From positions 32,001 to 96,000 of the IMG/VR virus record IMGVR_UViG_3300028392_000038: a stretch of DNA of 64,000 nucleotides; one strand, written 5' to 3'. The notes beneath the pieces are model-generated. The model did not search any database. It worked only from the letters and a program-made list of their open reading frames with translations, and was not told the DNA's origin. The DNA comes from a virus. The translations under genes and the position numbers were made by a program. Positions 20,220 to 30,170 of this stretch are shown one piece after another (position 1 is the stretch's first letter; each line of letters begins with the position of its first letter).

Positions 20220-20807
20220 TCAAATGTCATAAACACCATTAAATTGGTGAAAATCTTCAAATCCATTAAGAGAATCTCTGTGTCTTTGCCAATTTTCCCA
20301 CATATTTAGTATAGGAGGTTTGGGTGGTAAATACTCACTCATTTGTCTTATTCTTTGATAATACATCATATCTACATCTTTGAAAATATTATTCATTCTT
20401 TCCAAGGCAAATTTATTAGCGTCTTTTTCTAACTCAATATAAGATTTGAAAAATTCTTCTTTATCTTTTCTAAATATTTCAGCATGAACATCATGACCTT
20501 CTCTTCTATATTGCATAACATGACCCATTTCATGAAATATTAAAAATATAACCATTGGGAATGTTTGTTCTGTTAAGAACTGACTATTCACTACAACCGA
20601 TTCATCTTTAAAATAATATCCAAAGAAATTTCTATTTAATTGTCTAAATTCAATTTTTACATCAGGATATTTAGAAAGTTCCTCCAAGAAAGAAGGAATA
20701 AGTGTAGGGTATTTATTGGATATCCTATTTAAATAGACTTCTAACTCTTGTGGTATTTGATTATTATTCTCATTTTCAAAGATTTTATATCTTTTTAAGT
20801 ATTTCAT
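20220..20807 (-). CDS. HExxH zinc metallopeptidase (ImmA/IrrE-like)
   Basis: IFHEMGHVMQY ... ELEKDANKFA. Confidence 0.75.
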   Translation of the reverse strand: MKYLKRYKIFENENNNQIPQELEVYLNRISNKYPTLIPSFLEELSKYPDVKIEFRQLNRNFFGYYFKDESVVVNSQFLTEQTFPMVIFLIFHEMGHVMQYRREGHDVHAEIFRKDKEEFFKSYIELEKDANKFALERMNNIFKDVDMMYYQRIRQMSEYLPPKPPILNMWENWQRHRDSLNGFEDFHQFNGVYDI

Positions 20808-20848
20808 ATTAGTATTAATATTTAGAATATATCATGATGTTACATGTT

Positions 20849-21556
20849 TTAAGAAATCCAGATAAAATGATCATTTGATTCTTTTTCAAATTTATAATCA
20901 CCTAAACAATCAGTTATTGTTTTAATTAGTTTTTCTTCAGTAAAAATATCAGACAATTTAGATTCAAATATATCTTTATCTATTAATCTGGACAATTCAA
21001 TAGAAATATCAGTAACTATTTCAAATTTACTTTTAGATATTTCATCATAAAGATGATCAAACATATTGTATTTAATTACATTTATTTCTTCTAAAGAATA
21101 AATTATAACATTACAATCTTGTTTTTCCCAATCAGAAATTTTGAATATGTGTTTATCAGAATCAACTGAATCAATATGACCTAAATTAGTATCAAAATAA
21201 TCAGCCAAAACTTTTTCCATTTTTTGAGTTGATTTTTCAATTCCCTTATATAAACATTCTTTCATAGAATGAATTTTGAATTCACTTGATTCAAATACTT
21301 TAAAAGATTCAAAAGTAATAACTCCATCTTTTTCCATAGCCTCTCTATCATCTAAAATATCTTTTAGAATTACATCAGCTCTTTTAATATCTTTCATCTT
21401 GTTCTTTTCTAAAAATCTACTAAATCTTTCAGAACCAGGTTGTAAATATCTTTTAAGATTTGATGGTCTTATTTTATGTTGTTCAGTATACTCATCAAGT
21501 AATCCATTTATTATTTGATAATACTTATTAACATCTTCTCTATTATTAATCGACAT
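20849..21556 (-). CDS. Hypothetical protein
   Basis: 235-aa ORF; internal VITFESFKVFES motif. Confidence 0.7.
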   Translation of the reverse strand: MSINNREDVNKYYQIINGLLDEYTEQHKIRPSNLKRYLQPGSERFSRFLEKNKMKDIKRADVILKDILDDREAMEKDGVITFESFKVFESSEFKIHSMKECLYKGIEKSTQKMEKVLADYFDTNLGHIDSVDSDKHIFKISDWEKQDCNVIIYSLEEINVIKYNMFDHLYDEISKSKFEIVTDISIELSRLIDKDIFESKLSDIFTEEKLIKTITDCLGDYKFEKESNDHFIWIS

Positions 21557-21842
21557 CTTGATTGTTATCTTTTTTCAAATCAAATAAGCTAACAGCTTCT
21601 TGATCCTCTTTTCTATCTTCTATATTAATACCTCTAACTTCAGCAATTTCATACCATTCATCTTCAGGTAATTCTTCAATTTCAGTTGAACCACATTTAC
21701 AAGATTTAGATTCTTTGTTAAATTCTTTCCAAATATTATCACACTCATCACATGAATAGTAACTAGTTAAAAAGTTTTTAGTAGTAACTGGAACCGTCTG
21801 TGAAAAGTCAAATGTTTCAAATTTTTTCAAATGTTTCATCAT
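21546..21842 (-). CDS. Small Zn-ribbon protein
   Basis: CDEC...CKCGS; leader MKHLKKFETF. Confidence 0.65.
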   Translation of the reverse strand: MMKHLKKFETFDFSQTVPVTTKNFLTSYYSCDECDNIWKEFNKESKSCKCGSTEIEELPEDEWYEIAEVRGINIEDRKEDQEAVSLFDLKKDNNQDVD

Positions 21843-21978
21843 TGTGAATATTATGTTTCATCTATATATTAAATAATTTTTACTCTTTTTATTAAAAAAC
21901 ATTGGAAATTTTAAAACAAAGACATATATTTTTTATATATAATACTCAAATACAAAAAAAACAAAAAATAAAATACCT

Positions 21979-22167
21979 ATGAAAAAAATCGCAATCGTAT
22001 TATTCGCAGTAATCTCTTTAACATCTTGTGGTGGTGGAGAAGCTAAATGTGAAGGTAGTAACTGTGACTCAACAGCAGTTGTAGCACCAGTAGCTGACTC
22101 TTTAGCTCCAGTAGCAGATACATTAGCAGTGGATACTACAGCAGTAGTTACTCCAACTGTTAAGTAA
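21979..22167 (+). CDS. Small lipoprotein
   Basis: MKK + hydrophobic stretch + LTSC lipobox; D-(S/T)-(A/L/T) repeats in the tail. Confidence 0.75.
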   Translation: MKKIAIVLFAVISLTSCGGGEAKCEGSNCDSTAVVAPVADSLAPVADTLAVDTTAVVTPTVK

Positions 22168-22192
22168 TTATTAACTACTTCCGAATGAAACT

Positions 22193-22221
22193 AAAAGAGA
22201 GAATTAAATTCTCTCTTTTTT
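22193..22221 (+). terminator. Intrinsic terminator
   Basis: AAAAGAGAGAATT/AATTCTCTCTTTT stem followed by U-tract. Confidence 0.8.
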
Positions 22222-22259
22222 ATTTTTAAACTTATTCAAGTAAATTATAAATAATTAAT

Positions 22260-22985
22260 ATGAGAATTGAATGCCAAGATAATTTAATATTTATGAAATC
22301 AATAGAAGATAATTCTATTGATGTTATTTATTGTGATATTCTATACGGAACCGGTAGAAAATTTTCAGACTACCAAGATTTAAAACCAATCAAATCAGAT
22401 ATTGAAGAACACTATATACCTCGTATAAAAGAAATGCACCGTGTTCTAAAAGAAACAGGAACTATTTATCTTCAAATGGATACTAAAATAAATCATTGGA
22501 TCCGTTGTATTATGGATGATATCTTTGGATATGAAATGATGAGAAATGAAATTATTTGGTTTTATAATACCGCACCAAGAAAGAAAATGGACTTTGGAAA
22601 AAGACATGATATAATTCTAAGATATACAAAATCAGATAATTATAAATTTAATCCACCAAGAGAACCTTATTCACTATCAGCTCCAAGAGGATATGAAAAA
22701 GAAAAATACTACCATCCAGAAGGTAAAGTTATTGGTGATGTTTGGCAAATGAATATATTAGGTCAAAATGATAAGAAAGAAAGAGTAGGGTATGATACTC
22801 AAAAACCTAAACAACTTATAGAAAGAATTATAACTTCATCTTCTGATGAAGGAGATACAATTGCTGATTTCTACTTAGGAAGTGGAACAACAGCTTTAGT
22901 TGCTAAAGAATTAAATAGAGATTTTATTGGATGTGATATAAATCCAAAGGCAATTGAACTCACTAATCAAAGATTAAATAAATAG
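22260..22985 (+). CDS. DNA amino-methyltransferase (N6A/N4C, beta class)
   Basis: SIDVIYCDILY (motif IV position), NEIIW, TQKP..LIERII, DFYLGSGTT. Confidence 0.88.
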   Translation: MRIECQDNLIFMKSIEDNSIDVIYCDILYGTGRKFSDYQDLKPIKSDIEEHYIPRIKEMHRVLKETGTIYLQMDTKINHWIRCIMDDIFGYEMMRNEIIWFYNTAPRKKMDFGKRHDIILRYTKSDNYKFNPPREPYSLSAPRGYEKEKYYHPEGKVIGDVWQMNILGQNDKKERVGYDTQKPKQLIERIITSSSDEGDTIADFYLGSGTTALVAKELNRDFIGCDINPKAIELTNQRLNK

Positions 22986-23030
22986 ATTCTTCAATTTTAT
23001 ATATAGATTATATACTTTAATATATAATTT

Positions 23031-23933
23031 ATGAACTTAAAGCAAACAAGAGATTACTATAATAATAAACCCGTTGAATATGTGGTGAGAGAACATTATG
23101 AGTTAATTGAAGATAATGAGTATATTCCAAGATTTTCACTTAAAAATGTTAAAGACATCGCTGATATTCCTATCAATGAGCCTATTAAATATACTGAAGA
23201 AGTTATAAAGAAGTGTATTAAGTATGGTATGGTTATATTAATAAACTATAAAGGTGAAAAAGATTCTCATTTTGCAGGACATGAAAGGGTTGTTTACCCT
23301 ATGGTTCTTGGTAAATCAACACAAGGTAAAGTTCTTTTAAGAGGGTGGCACTTAAATGGTTGGTCTGTTTCAAATAAAAGACATATTAATAAAATCTGGC
23401 GTTTATTCAGAGCTGATAGAATTCTATCTGTTACTTTCACTGGTTCTTTTTACCGTTTACCTCCAGCTGGTTATAATATGAATGACAAAGGAATGAGAGG
23501 TGGTATTATAGTAAAAGCTGACTTTGCTCAAATTAGAAAGAATCAACAAGATTTAGTTAATAAGAATAAAATTCAAAATAGAGAAGAGGTTACTCTTGGA
23601 GATGAACAAAGAAAATTCATAACTATTAGAGTAAAAGAAACTGATACTAAATTAGATTTAATAAAACCATTTGAAAATGCTTATATCAATAATTCTAAAG
23701 ATATGGCAAATGTTAGATTATCATTTCTTAAAAGTGTTTATGGAAATAAATATGTCGCTATATTAGGAGCACTTGGTCAACCAGGTAATACTGTTAAAAT
23801 ATTAACAGATAAAGGTTCTCAATTAGGAGTTTATAAAGTATTAGATTCTATTACAGGTGAGGTACTAAAAAGCATTAAAAATGTAAAAGGAAACACTATT
23901 TATGATCTTTATCTGTTTGATAAAAAAGTTTAA
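23031..23933 (+). CDS. WYL-like domain protein
   Basis: INYKG..ERVVYPMVLG..LLRGW..WRLFRADRI. Confidence 0.65.
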   Translation: MNLKQTRDYYNNKPVEYVVREHYELIEDNEYIPRFSLKNVKDIADIPINEPIKYTEEVIKKCIKYGMVILINYKGEKDSHFAGHERVVYPMVLGKSTQGKVLLRGWHLNGWSVSNKRHINKIWRLFRADRILSVTFTGSFYRLPPAGYNMNDKGMRGGIIVKADFAQIRKNQQDLVNKNKIQNREEVTLGDEQRKFITIRVKETDTKLDLIKPFENAYINNSKDMANVRLSFLKSVYGNKYVAILGALGQPGNTVKILTDKGSQLGVYKVLDSITGEVLKSIKNVKGNTIYDLYLFDKKV

Positions 23934-23942
23934 AAATAGAAT

Positions 23943-23952
23943 TAATATATAG
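23943..23952 (+). promoter_or_regulatory. Late-type promoter motif (TAATATATAG)
   Basis: Core ends 4 nt before the ppk2 ATG. Confidence 0.55.
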
Positions 23953-23955
23953 TTT

Positions 23956-25110
23956 ATGATACAGAATTTTAATAATTTCATTAATGAGGAATTAAGAATA
24001 GATAAGTTAGATGATAAATCGCTTAATCAATTAAAGTTAAATTTAATGGATAGGTTATCAGAATATAGAACTTACATTCTTAATAACATAATTTATAATA
24101 TGGCTACTAATAAAGTAGAGTATAAAGAATTTGAAAACATAGATATTGCAACTATATTAAGAGAACTTAATAATGAATTCACAAATGAAGTTGTTCAAGA
24201 TATGAACATAGAAACTTTTTTAAGAAAGTTAAATCAAATATTAGACCTTCAAAAAAGAAACACTAAAAGAAGAATAAGAGAAGAGTTTGATGAATATTAT
24301 AATTCAATTGAACAAAGAGTTTCTAAAATATCTAGAGGTGAAGATGAAGAACATTTTGATGCGGTTGAAGGTGAAGACTCTTTAATAACTAGAAAACAAT
24401 ATGAAACTGAGAAGTTTGGACTACAAGTTGAATTGTTAAAATTACAAGAATGGGTAGTTAAAAATAAGAAAAAAGTGGCTATTGTATTTGAAGGAAGAGA
24501 TGCTGCTGGTAAAGGATCTACTATTAAAAGATTTACAGAATACCTAAATCCAAGAGGATTTAAGATTGTAGCACTTGGATTACCAACTGATGAAGAAAAG
24601 AAAAATTGGTTTGCGAGATATGAAAAATATATGCCTCAACCAGGTGAAATAGTTTTCTTTGACCGTTCTTGGCACAATCGATCAATTGTTGAGCCAGCGA
24701 TGGGTTATTGTTCAGAAGAACAATATATTGACTTCATGAATAATGTAAATAAATGGGAGGATCACTTAGTGAAAGATGAAGATATTATCTTAATTAAGTT
24801 TTGGTTCTCTATCACTAAAGAAAAACAAGAGTTAAGATTTGATTTAAGAAAATCAAACCCATTAAAATATTGGAAGTTTTCTCCAAATGATGCTAAAGTA
24901 ATTGATAAATGGGATATTATTGGTAAATATAAAAACCAAATGTTTAGTAAAAATTCAACACCTTTGTGTCCGTGGGTAATTATAAATAGTAACGATAAAA
25001 AGATAGGTAGATTAAATGCCATCAGATATGTACTGAGTGTTATTCCATATGATGGAAGAGATGAAAAATCTTGTGAATATTACCCAGAAGTTGTAAATAT
25101 TTTAAAATAA
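23956..25110 (+). CDS. ppk2: Polyphosphate kinase 2 with about 140-aa N-terminal extension
   Basis: LQVELLKLQEWV, FEGRDAAGKG (Walker A), FFDRSW, KFWFSI, P.K.WK.SPND. Confidence 0.93.
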   Translation: MIQNFNNFINEELRIDKLDDKSLNQLKLNLMDRLSEYRTYILNNIIYNMATNKVEYKEFENIDIATILRELNNEFTNEVVQDMNIETFLRKLNQILDLQKRNTKRRIREEFDEYYNSIEQRVSKISRGEDEEHFDAVEGEDSLITRKQYETEKFGLQVELLKLQEWVVKNKKKVAIVFEGRDAAGKGSTIKRFTEYLNPRGFKIVALGLPTDEEKKNWFARYEKYMPQPGEIVFFDRSWHNRSIVEPAMGYCSEEQYIDFMNNVNKWEDHLVKDEDIILIKFWFSITKEKQELRFDLRKSNPLKYWKFSPNDAKVIDKWDIIGKYKNQMFSKNSTPLCPWVIINSNDKKIGRLNAIRYVLSVIPYDGRDEKSCEYYPEVVNILK

Positions 25111-26018
25111 TGGATAAAAGAATATTATCATTTGATAAGTTCAAATTACATTGTAACGACATATTTAATAATAAATATGATTATACTAAATCAGAGTATC
25201 TAGGGATGAAACACCCTATAGAAATAATATGTCCTATACATGGAGAGTTCACACAAAAGGCACATAGTCACTATTTGGGACATCACTGTTTTAAATGCTC
25301 AGGTAATAAAAAGTTAAAAAATGAGGAAATAATAGAACAATTTGTTAAAAAACATGGAGGTAGATATGACTACTCAAAAGTAAATTATGTAAATAATAAA
25401 ACGAGAGTTGAAATAGTATGTAAAATACACGGATCTTTCTACCAATCACCATATGAACATAAAAATGGACAAGGTTGTCCAAATTGTATTAAAAATAGGA
25501 AATTAGATAATAACATGTTTATAGAATTGGCTAATGATGTACACGATTTTAAATATAAATATAGTGATGATTATTTTAATAGTAAAACAAAGGTAAATAT
25601 TATCTGTTCAAAACATGGTGAATTTAAGATGACGCCAAATCATCACATAAGGGGACAAGGTTGTCCAAATTGCAAAAGTTCATTAGGTGAACTACTGGTT
25701 AGAAAATATTTAACTGATAATAAGATTAATTATGAAAGACAGAAGCTCTTTAAAGATTTGGTTAATAGTAATAAAAGACATTTATTTTTTGACTTCTATT
25801 TAACAGATCATAATATCTGTATAGAATATGATGGTATACAACACTTTCAACCAGTTGTCGCATTTGGTGGTCAAAATTCATTTAATAAAATTTTAAAAAA
25901 TAATGAAATAAAAAATAAATATTGTCTAATTAATAATATAAAGCTAATAAGGATACCATATTTTAAAATAAAGGAGATTAAAAATATTCTAGATATAGAA
26001 ATTAATATAAAAAATTAA
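25110..26018 (+). CDS. Putative homing endonuclease (DUF723-like Zn repeats plus Vsr-like PD-(D/E)xK domain)
   Basis: 3x YDYS..IIC..HGEF..H..G.GCP.C; FDFYL..ICIEYDG.QH..LIRIPY. Confidence 0.8.
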   Translation: MDKRILSFDKFKLHCNDIFNNKYDYTKSEYLGMKHPIEIICPIHGEFTQKAHSHYLGHHCFKCSGNKKLKNEEIIEQFVKKHGGRYDYSKVNYVNNKTRVEIVCKIHGSFYQSPYEHKNGQGCPNCIKNRKLDNNMFIELANDVHDFKYKYSDDYFNSKTKVNIICSKHGEFKMTPNHHIRGQGCPNCKSSLGELLVRKYLTDNKINYERQKLFKDLVNSNKRHLFFDFYLTDHNICIEYDGIQHFQPVVAFGGQNSFNKILKNNEIKNKYCLINNIKLIRIPYFKIKEIKNILDIEINIKN

Positions 26019-26067
26019 TATATAATAAAATAAAGGTTATTAACCTAGAAAAAATAAATATAATAAA

Positions 26068-26652
26068 ATGAGTATTAAATCATTCGATTCATTTAATGAA
26101 AAAAAATGGATACAAGACGCGATTAAAAATCCAGGAGCATTGAAAAAGTCAATGGGTAAAGGTGAAGATGAGAAACTTACTAAAGCTGAAATAGAATCTG
26201 AGTTAAAAGAACTTAAAGCTAAAGATAAAGATCCTAAAAAACCAGGAGCTCAATTAGGTAAAAAAGATGCTACTAAAAAAAGAAGATTAGAGTTAGCTAA
26301 AACCTTAAGATCATTCAAAGAACACCAAGAAACAGATAATTATATGTTCTTTGGTAATTTAGAAACTATGAAAAGATTAGTTGATGAGTTATTAGAAATG
26401 GATCATTCACAAATTGACTCTATCTTAAATGAACATGATTGGGCATCTGACCATATTTCAGTAGCTACTGAAAACCTAGAACAAGTATTTGATTTCTTAG
26501 CAGGACATAATTTACCAGATGGTGAAATGGAACATGAAATGGAAGAACATGAAGAAGAACACCACGAAGAAGAACACCACGAAGAAGAGGAAGAACACGA
26601 AGAGGAAGAAGAAAATGGTGGTTTAATGAAATTCGGAGAATTCGGATCTTAA
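26068..26652 (+). CDS. Hypothetical protein with His/Glu-rich tail, possibly virion-internal
   Basis: Leader MSIKSFDSFNE; KWIQDAIKNPGAL; EEHEEEHHEEEHH tract. Confidence 0.7.
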   Translation: MSIKSFDSFNEKKWIQDAIKNPGALKKSMGKGEDEKLTKAEIESELKELKAKDKDPKKPGAQLGKKDATKKRRLELAKTLRSFKEHQETDNYMFFGNLETMKRLVDELLEMDHSQIDSILNEHDWASDHISVATENLEQVFDFLAGHNLPDGEMEHEMEEHEEEHHEEEHHEEEEEHEEEEENGGLMKFGEFGS

Positions 26653-26671
26653 AAAAAAATAAATAAAACAA

Positions 26672-27259
26672 ATGTCATACACAAGAGAACAAATACAATC
26701 TGCTATTTTAGCAAAAGGATATCTTTGGTTTGAAGATGATTCAAAGGGTCCAAACATTGTTGGGGTCAGAAACTCAGCAACTGGTCAAGTGGTAACAAAC
26801 GCATTTGATGATACTTTAACAATATCTTATAAAGAAAATGGTGAATGGAAATTTAATTCTTGGCCAGCAACTACTGACCCTGGTAAAAAAGGTGTTTTAG
26901 AATACCACAATGCTGCTGGTGTTGCTAGATTAGTTGAAGGTCAATATATCGGATCACATGGAATTGGATTACACCAAGGAAAATATGAAGCTCTTAGACA
27001 AGCAAAAAATGTTAAAGTTTATAGAGATGCTAATAAGGACTTAACTTATAATGAGGATAAAACACAAGAAGGTGTTTTTGGTATTAATATTCATAAGGCT
27101 GGAGCTGATTCTACCTATGTAGAAAACTGGTCAGAAGGATGTCAAGTATTCAAAAAATCTGCCGACTTTGATGCGTTTATGATTATATGTAATAAGTTCA
27201 AATCTAAAAATGGTAACTCATTTACTTATACTTTAATTGAATCATCTGATATAAAATAA
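26672..27259 (+). CDS. YkuD/L,D-transpeptidase-like cell-wall enzyme
   Basis: TTDPG, GINIHKAG..WSEGCQV (H..S.GC catalytic motif). Confidence 0.7.
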   Translation: MSYTREQIQSAILAKGYLWFEDDSKGPNIVGVRNSATGQVVTNAFDDTLTISYKENGEWKFNSWPATTDPGKKGVLEYHNAAGVARLVEGQYIGSHGIGLHQGKYEALRQAKNVKVYRDANKDLTYNEDKTQEGVFGINIHKAGADSTYVENWSEGCQVFKKSADFDAFMIICNKFKSKNGNSFTYTLIESSDIK

Positions 27260-27271
27260 TTAAAACATAAT

Positions 27272-27301
27272 AAAAAAGACCTCTCATTTGGGAGGTTTTT
27301 T
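27272..27301 (+). terminator. Intrinsic terminator
   Basis: GACCTCTC/GGGAGGTT stem with U-tract. Confidence 0.75.
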
Positions 27302-27347
27302 GTTTTTAAATAACTAAACAAAAGTTGATATTTAAGATACAAAATAA

Positions 27348-27758
27348 ATGGAAGAGCTGGATAGATTTTTACATTTCTTATTAGAGAATATAGATGATAG
27401 AAGAGTGCATATTTCTAAGAAAGTAAAATATGGGTTCCAACATTTCTATCTAACATTTAATATAGACCAGGTAGATAAAGATGGACAAAAGTTGTATCAC
27501 AATAACATACTATCTATTACAATAGATAACAGAAATAATTGTATTGATATAGATTCAGAGATAAATGGTAAGTCTATTGTTATAGAAGATGAAGAGTTTG
27601 TTAGAAGGTGGTCTACTATCTTAGATGAATTTTTAAGTAGAGAGATTACTCAAAAGATATCTGGTATTATAGATATAACTCTAAGCTCTTGTGAGAATAA
27701 GAATTTACACAGAGATTATAAAATGAAAAAAATATTTAAAGACGATGAATCTATATAA
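27348..27758 (+). CDS. Hypothetical protein
   Basis: 136-aa ORF; C-terminal RDYKMKKIF. Confidence 0.65.
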   Translation: MEELDRFLHFLLENIDDRRVHISKKVKYGFQHFYLTFNIDQVDKDGQKLYHNNILSITIDNRNNCIDIDSEINGKSIVIEDEEFVRRWSTILDEFLSREITQKISGIIDITLSSCENKNLHRDYKMKKIFKDDESI

Positions 27759-28239
27759 TCAAGAAGAAGTAGATAGAATTAATAAAGTTAAAGATACCAA
27801 TGATAAATTAGAAGATTTCTTTAATGGAAAAAGAGGAGAGTGGAATAAAATTGTTGAACCACTTTTTAAAGTTCTCACTACCGATTTATCTAATCCTTCA
27901 AATTCTAAACACATATTAGAAGCTCAGTCTTTAGCTCTAACACATAGACAACAGATTAATGAACAGATTAATTTCTTCTTAAATAAAAGAAGTAAGGAGA
28001 CTACTAAGATTAAGAAATTAAGACAAGATAAGTTTGTATTTTATGCTACTGGATTTGGAATCAAAACAAACTTGGGTGAAAAAGGAATTCTTATTGACGG
28101 TCACTTAGCAGAAAATGATAGATCATTGGAACTAATAGAATCTTATATTGAATTCCTAAGAGATACTGTGAGAAATTTAGAAAGTTTATCTTATTCAATT
28201 AAGAATATGATTGAGTTATTGAATTACTTAGGTAAGTAA
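27745..28239 (+). CDS. UvsY-like recombination mediator
   Basis: Helical 164 aa ending YIEFLRDTVRNLESLSYSIKNMIE, resembling the UvsY C-terminus. Confidence 0.55.
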   Translation: MNLYNQEEVDRINKVKDTNDKLEDFFNGKRGEWNKIVEPLFKVLTTDLSNPSNSKHILEAQSLALTHRQQINEQINFFLNKRSKETTKIKKLRQDKFVFYATGFGIKTNLGEKGILIDGHLAENDRSLELIESYIEFLRDTVRNLESLSYSIKNMIELLNYLGK

Positions 28240-29366
28240 TGCTTAACTTCTATTCCAAGCTTTTTAAGTTCTTCATGTCCTTGGCAACAATCATCACAAA
28301 GTTCATCTTTACCATATGAACCAGGATAAACTAAATTCATGTATAATTTACCGTTGCAACGATCACAAGGATCACATTCACCTGTTACAGAATGTAACAT
28401 ATAATCACCCTCACTTGGTAGGTTAGAAAGTAGTTTTTTCTTTTCATCTAAGAAACACATAGTATCAATAAATGGATAATGTTTAAAGTCACCATCTAAT
28501 TTAACAGTTACCTCACCAAAGACATCTTTGCCCTTATATACAAATAAAACATTGTTTTCAATATATGAGTTCATTTTCTTTTTATATAGGAACCCATTAT
28601 CTTCAGCGAATTTCTTAAATCTTAATTCATCAGAATCACGATTAACATAAACTCTGTCCATGAAATACTTAGCCTCACAAGGAGAACTTTTTAATTTCCA
28701 AACAATAGCTCTTCCGTGTATCATATCATCTTTATCTACATAAATAAGCAATTGAACCTTTGATTCATTTTCTGTATAAATATCAAATGTTTTCTTACTC
28801 TCATCCGACATACAAGATCCACCTAAACTACCAGATCTACTAAAGTATTTTTTCTCATTATAATATTTTGCAATATCAGATCCTTTAACTAATTTGAATG
28901 ACATAGAAGTATCTATTTTAGATGCTTTGAAAGCATTAACAAAGTTTTCTATATCTTTATCTTTAACATCATCAAGATCACCACTATCATCATTGATTAA
29001 ATCAACAAGATATTTAATTATCTTTCCAATTTTAACCTCGTTTCTACCTTTCATTGTATATGGTAGGGAAGCATCATCATCCGGATCCCAATCTTCAGGA
29101 ACCTTAGTATTCATTATAAATGATAACTTATCATTTGAATCAGTTAGATCAAAATAGTTTTGTTTAACATCAGAATCATCAAAATAATTCTGATCATCAA
29201 TAATATCAATAATAGCTTGTGATATTTCACCTACTTTACCTTTTTCTTTTGAAAGGTTTTGTAACTTAAACATGAAATCGGATGACCCATAAATTTCAGC
29301 TTCTAAAAGTAATAATAAATTACTCTTGAAACTCTCTAACAAAAAACTATTGTATTTCTTAATCAT
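28224..29366 (-). CDS. Conserved phage protein (SCM/GRA.W/MDR.Y/YP..DT family), paralog of 43191-45080
   Basis: GSLGGSCM, GRAIVWK, FMDRVY, YPFIDT; C-terminal CxxC..CxxC. Confidence 0.75.
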   Translation of the reverse strand: MIKKYNSFLLESFKSNLLLLLEAEIYGSSDFMFKLQNLSKEKGKVGEISQAIIDIIDDQNYFDDSDVKQNYFDLTDSNDKLSFIMNTKVPEDWDPDDDASLPYTMKGRNEVKIGKIIKYLVDLINDDSGDLDDVKDKDIENFVNAFKASKIDTSMSFKLVKGSDIAKYYNEKKYFSRSGSLGGSCMSDESKKTFDIYTENESKVQLLIYVDKDDMIHGRAIVWKLKSSPCEAKYFMDRVYVNRDSDELRFKKFAEDNGFLYKKKMNSYIENNVLFVYKGKDVFGEVTVKLDGDFKHYPFIDTMCFLDEKKKLLSNLPSEGDYMLHSVTGECDPCDRCNGKLYMNLVYPGSYGKDELCDDCCQGHEELKKLGIEVKHYLPK

Positions 29367-29415
29367 ATAACTAAATAATTTTGATTACATATATATAAAA
29401 AATTAAATATCATAA

Positions 29416-29790
29416 ATGAAATTACCAAAATTTATTCTTAAAAAAGATTGGAATATAGAACCTGAATTTGCCGGTATAAAAAATAAAATACTAATATTTA
29501 GTAAAGGTAAAGTATTTGAGGCGGATGATAATGGTGATTACATTATTGAATCACTTTATGGTAGAATGGTATCAGATGTTGAAGGTATGAAATCAGCTAA
29601 TGATAATGGTGATATTCTTTTTGATATAATAGAAGAAAAGAAAGATATTGAAATTAAAGTTGAAGAAGTATCTGATAATGATGAAGAAATAATTAAAAAC
29701 TGGAGGATCCAATTAGATGTTAAGACTTCAAGAAAGAAGTTAAAGGAAATTGAAAAAATCATCAATGAAAAAGTAAAAGAAATATTATAA
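29416..29790 (+). CDS. Hypothetical protein
   Basis: 124-aa ORF. Confidence 0.65.
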   Translation: MKLPKFILKKDWNIEPEFAGIKNKILIFSKGKVFEADDNGDYIIESLYGRMVSDVEGMKSANDNGDILFDIIEEKKDIEIKVEEVSDNDEEIIKNWRIQLDVKTSRKKLKEIEKIINEKVKEIL

Positions 29791-29798
29791 TTTATCCG

Positions 29799-29808
29799 TA
29801 TATTTGTA
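29799..29808 (+). promoter_or_regulatory. Bacteroidota-type -7 promoter TATATTTGTA
   Basis: Directly before ATG 29810. Confidence 0.7.
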
Positions 29809-29809
29809 T

Positions 29810-30160
29810 ATGAATCTATCTCTTATATTTATAAGTATATTACCAGTAGTAATAATCATCTATCTATTTTTTAAAATGTATTTAAATAGTAGAAAGAGAG
29901 AACAGCAATTAGATATAATAGACCATTGGTCAGAGTTTAATCAAACATTAATAGATTGGGGAGAAGAAATATCAGATATTCATATGAAACATGAGTATAC
30001 ACACTTTTGTGCGTCCGAAATTTCTAGAGGATTTAAAAATGAGGATAACCATGAATGGGATAAGAGAATTAGAAAAGAAGTGATTGATAAGTTTATAAAT
30101 CACATACCTTCACTTAAACAAGAAGTAAGAGAAGAAAAAATAAACAAAATATTAAAATAA
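29810..30160 (+). CDS. Membrane-anchored hypothetical protein
   Basis: Start moved to ATG 29810; N-terminal TM segment; C-terminal VREEKINKILK. Confidence 0.65.
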   Translation: MNLSLIFISILPVVIIIYLFFKMYLNSRKREQQLDIIDHWSEFNQTLIDWGEEISDIHMKHEYTHFCASEISRGFKNEDNHEWDKRIRKEVIDKFINHIPSLKQEVREEKINKILK

Positions 30161-30170
30161 CTAAAAATAT

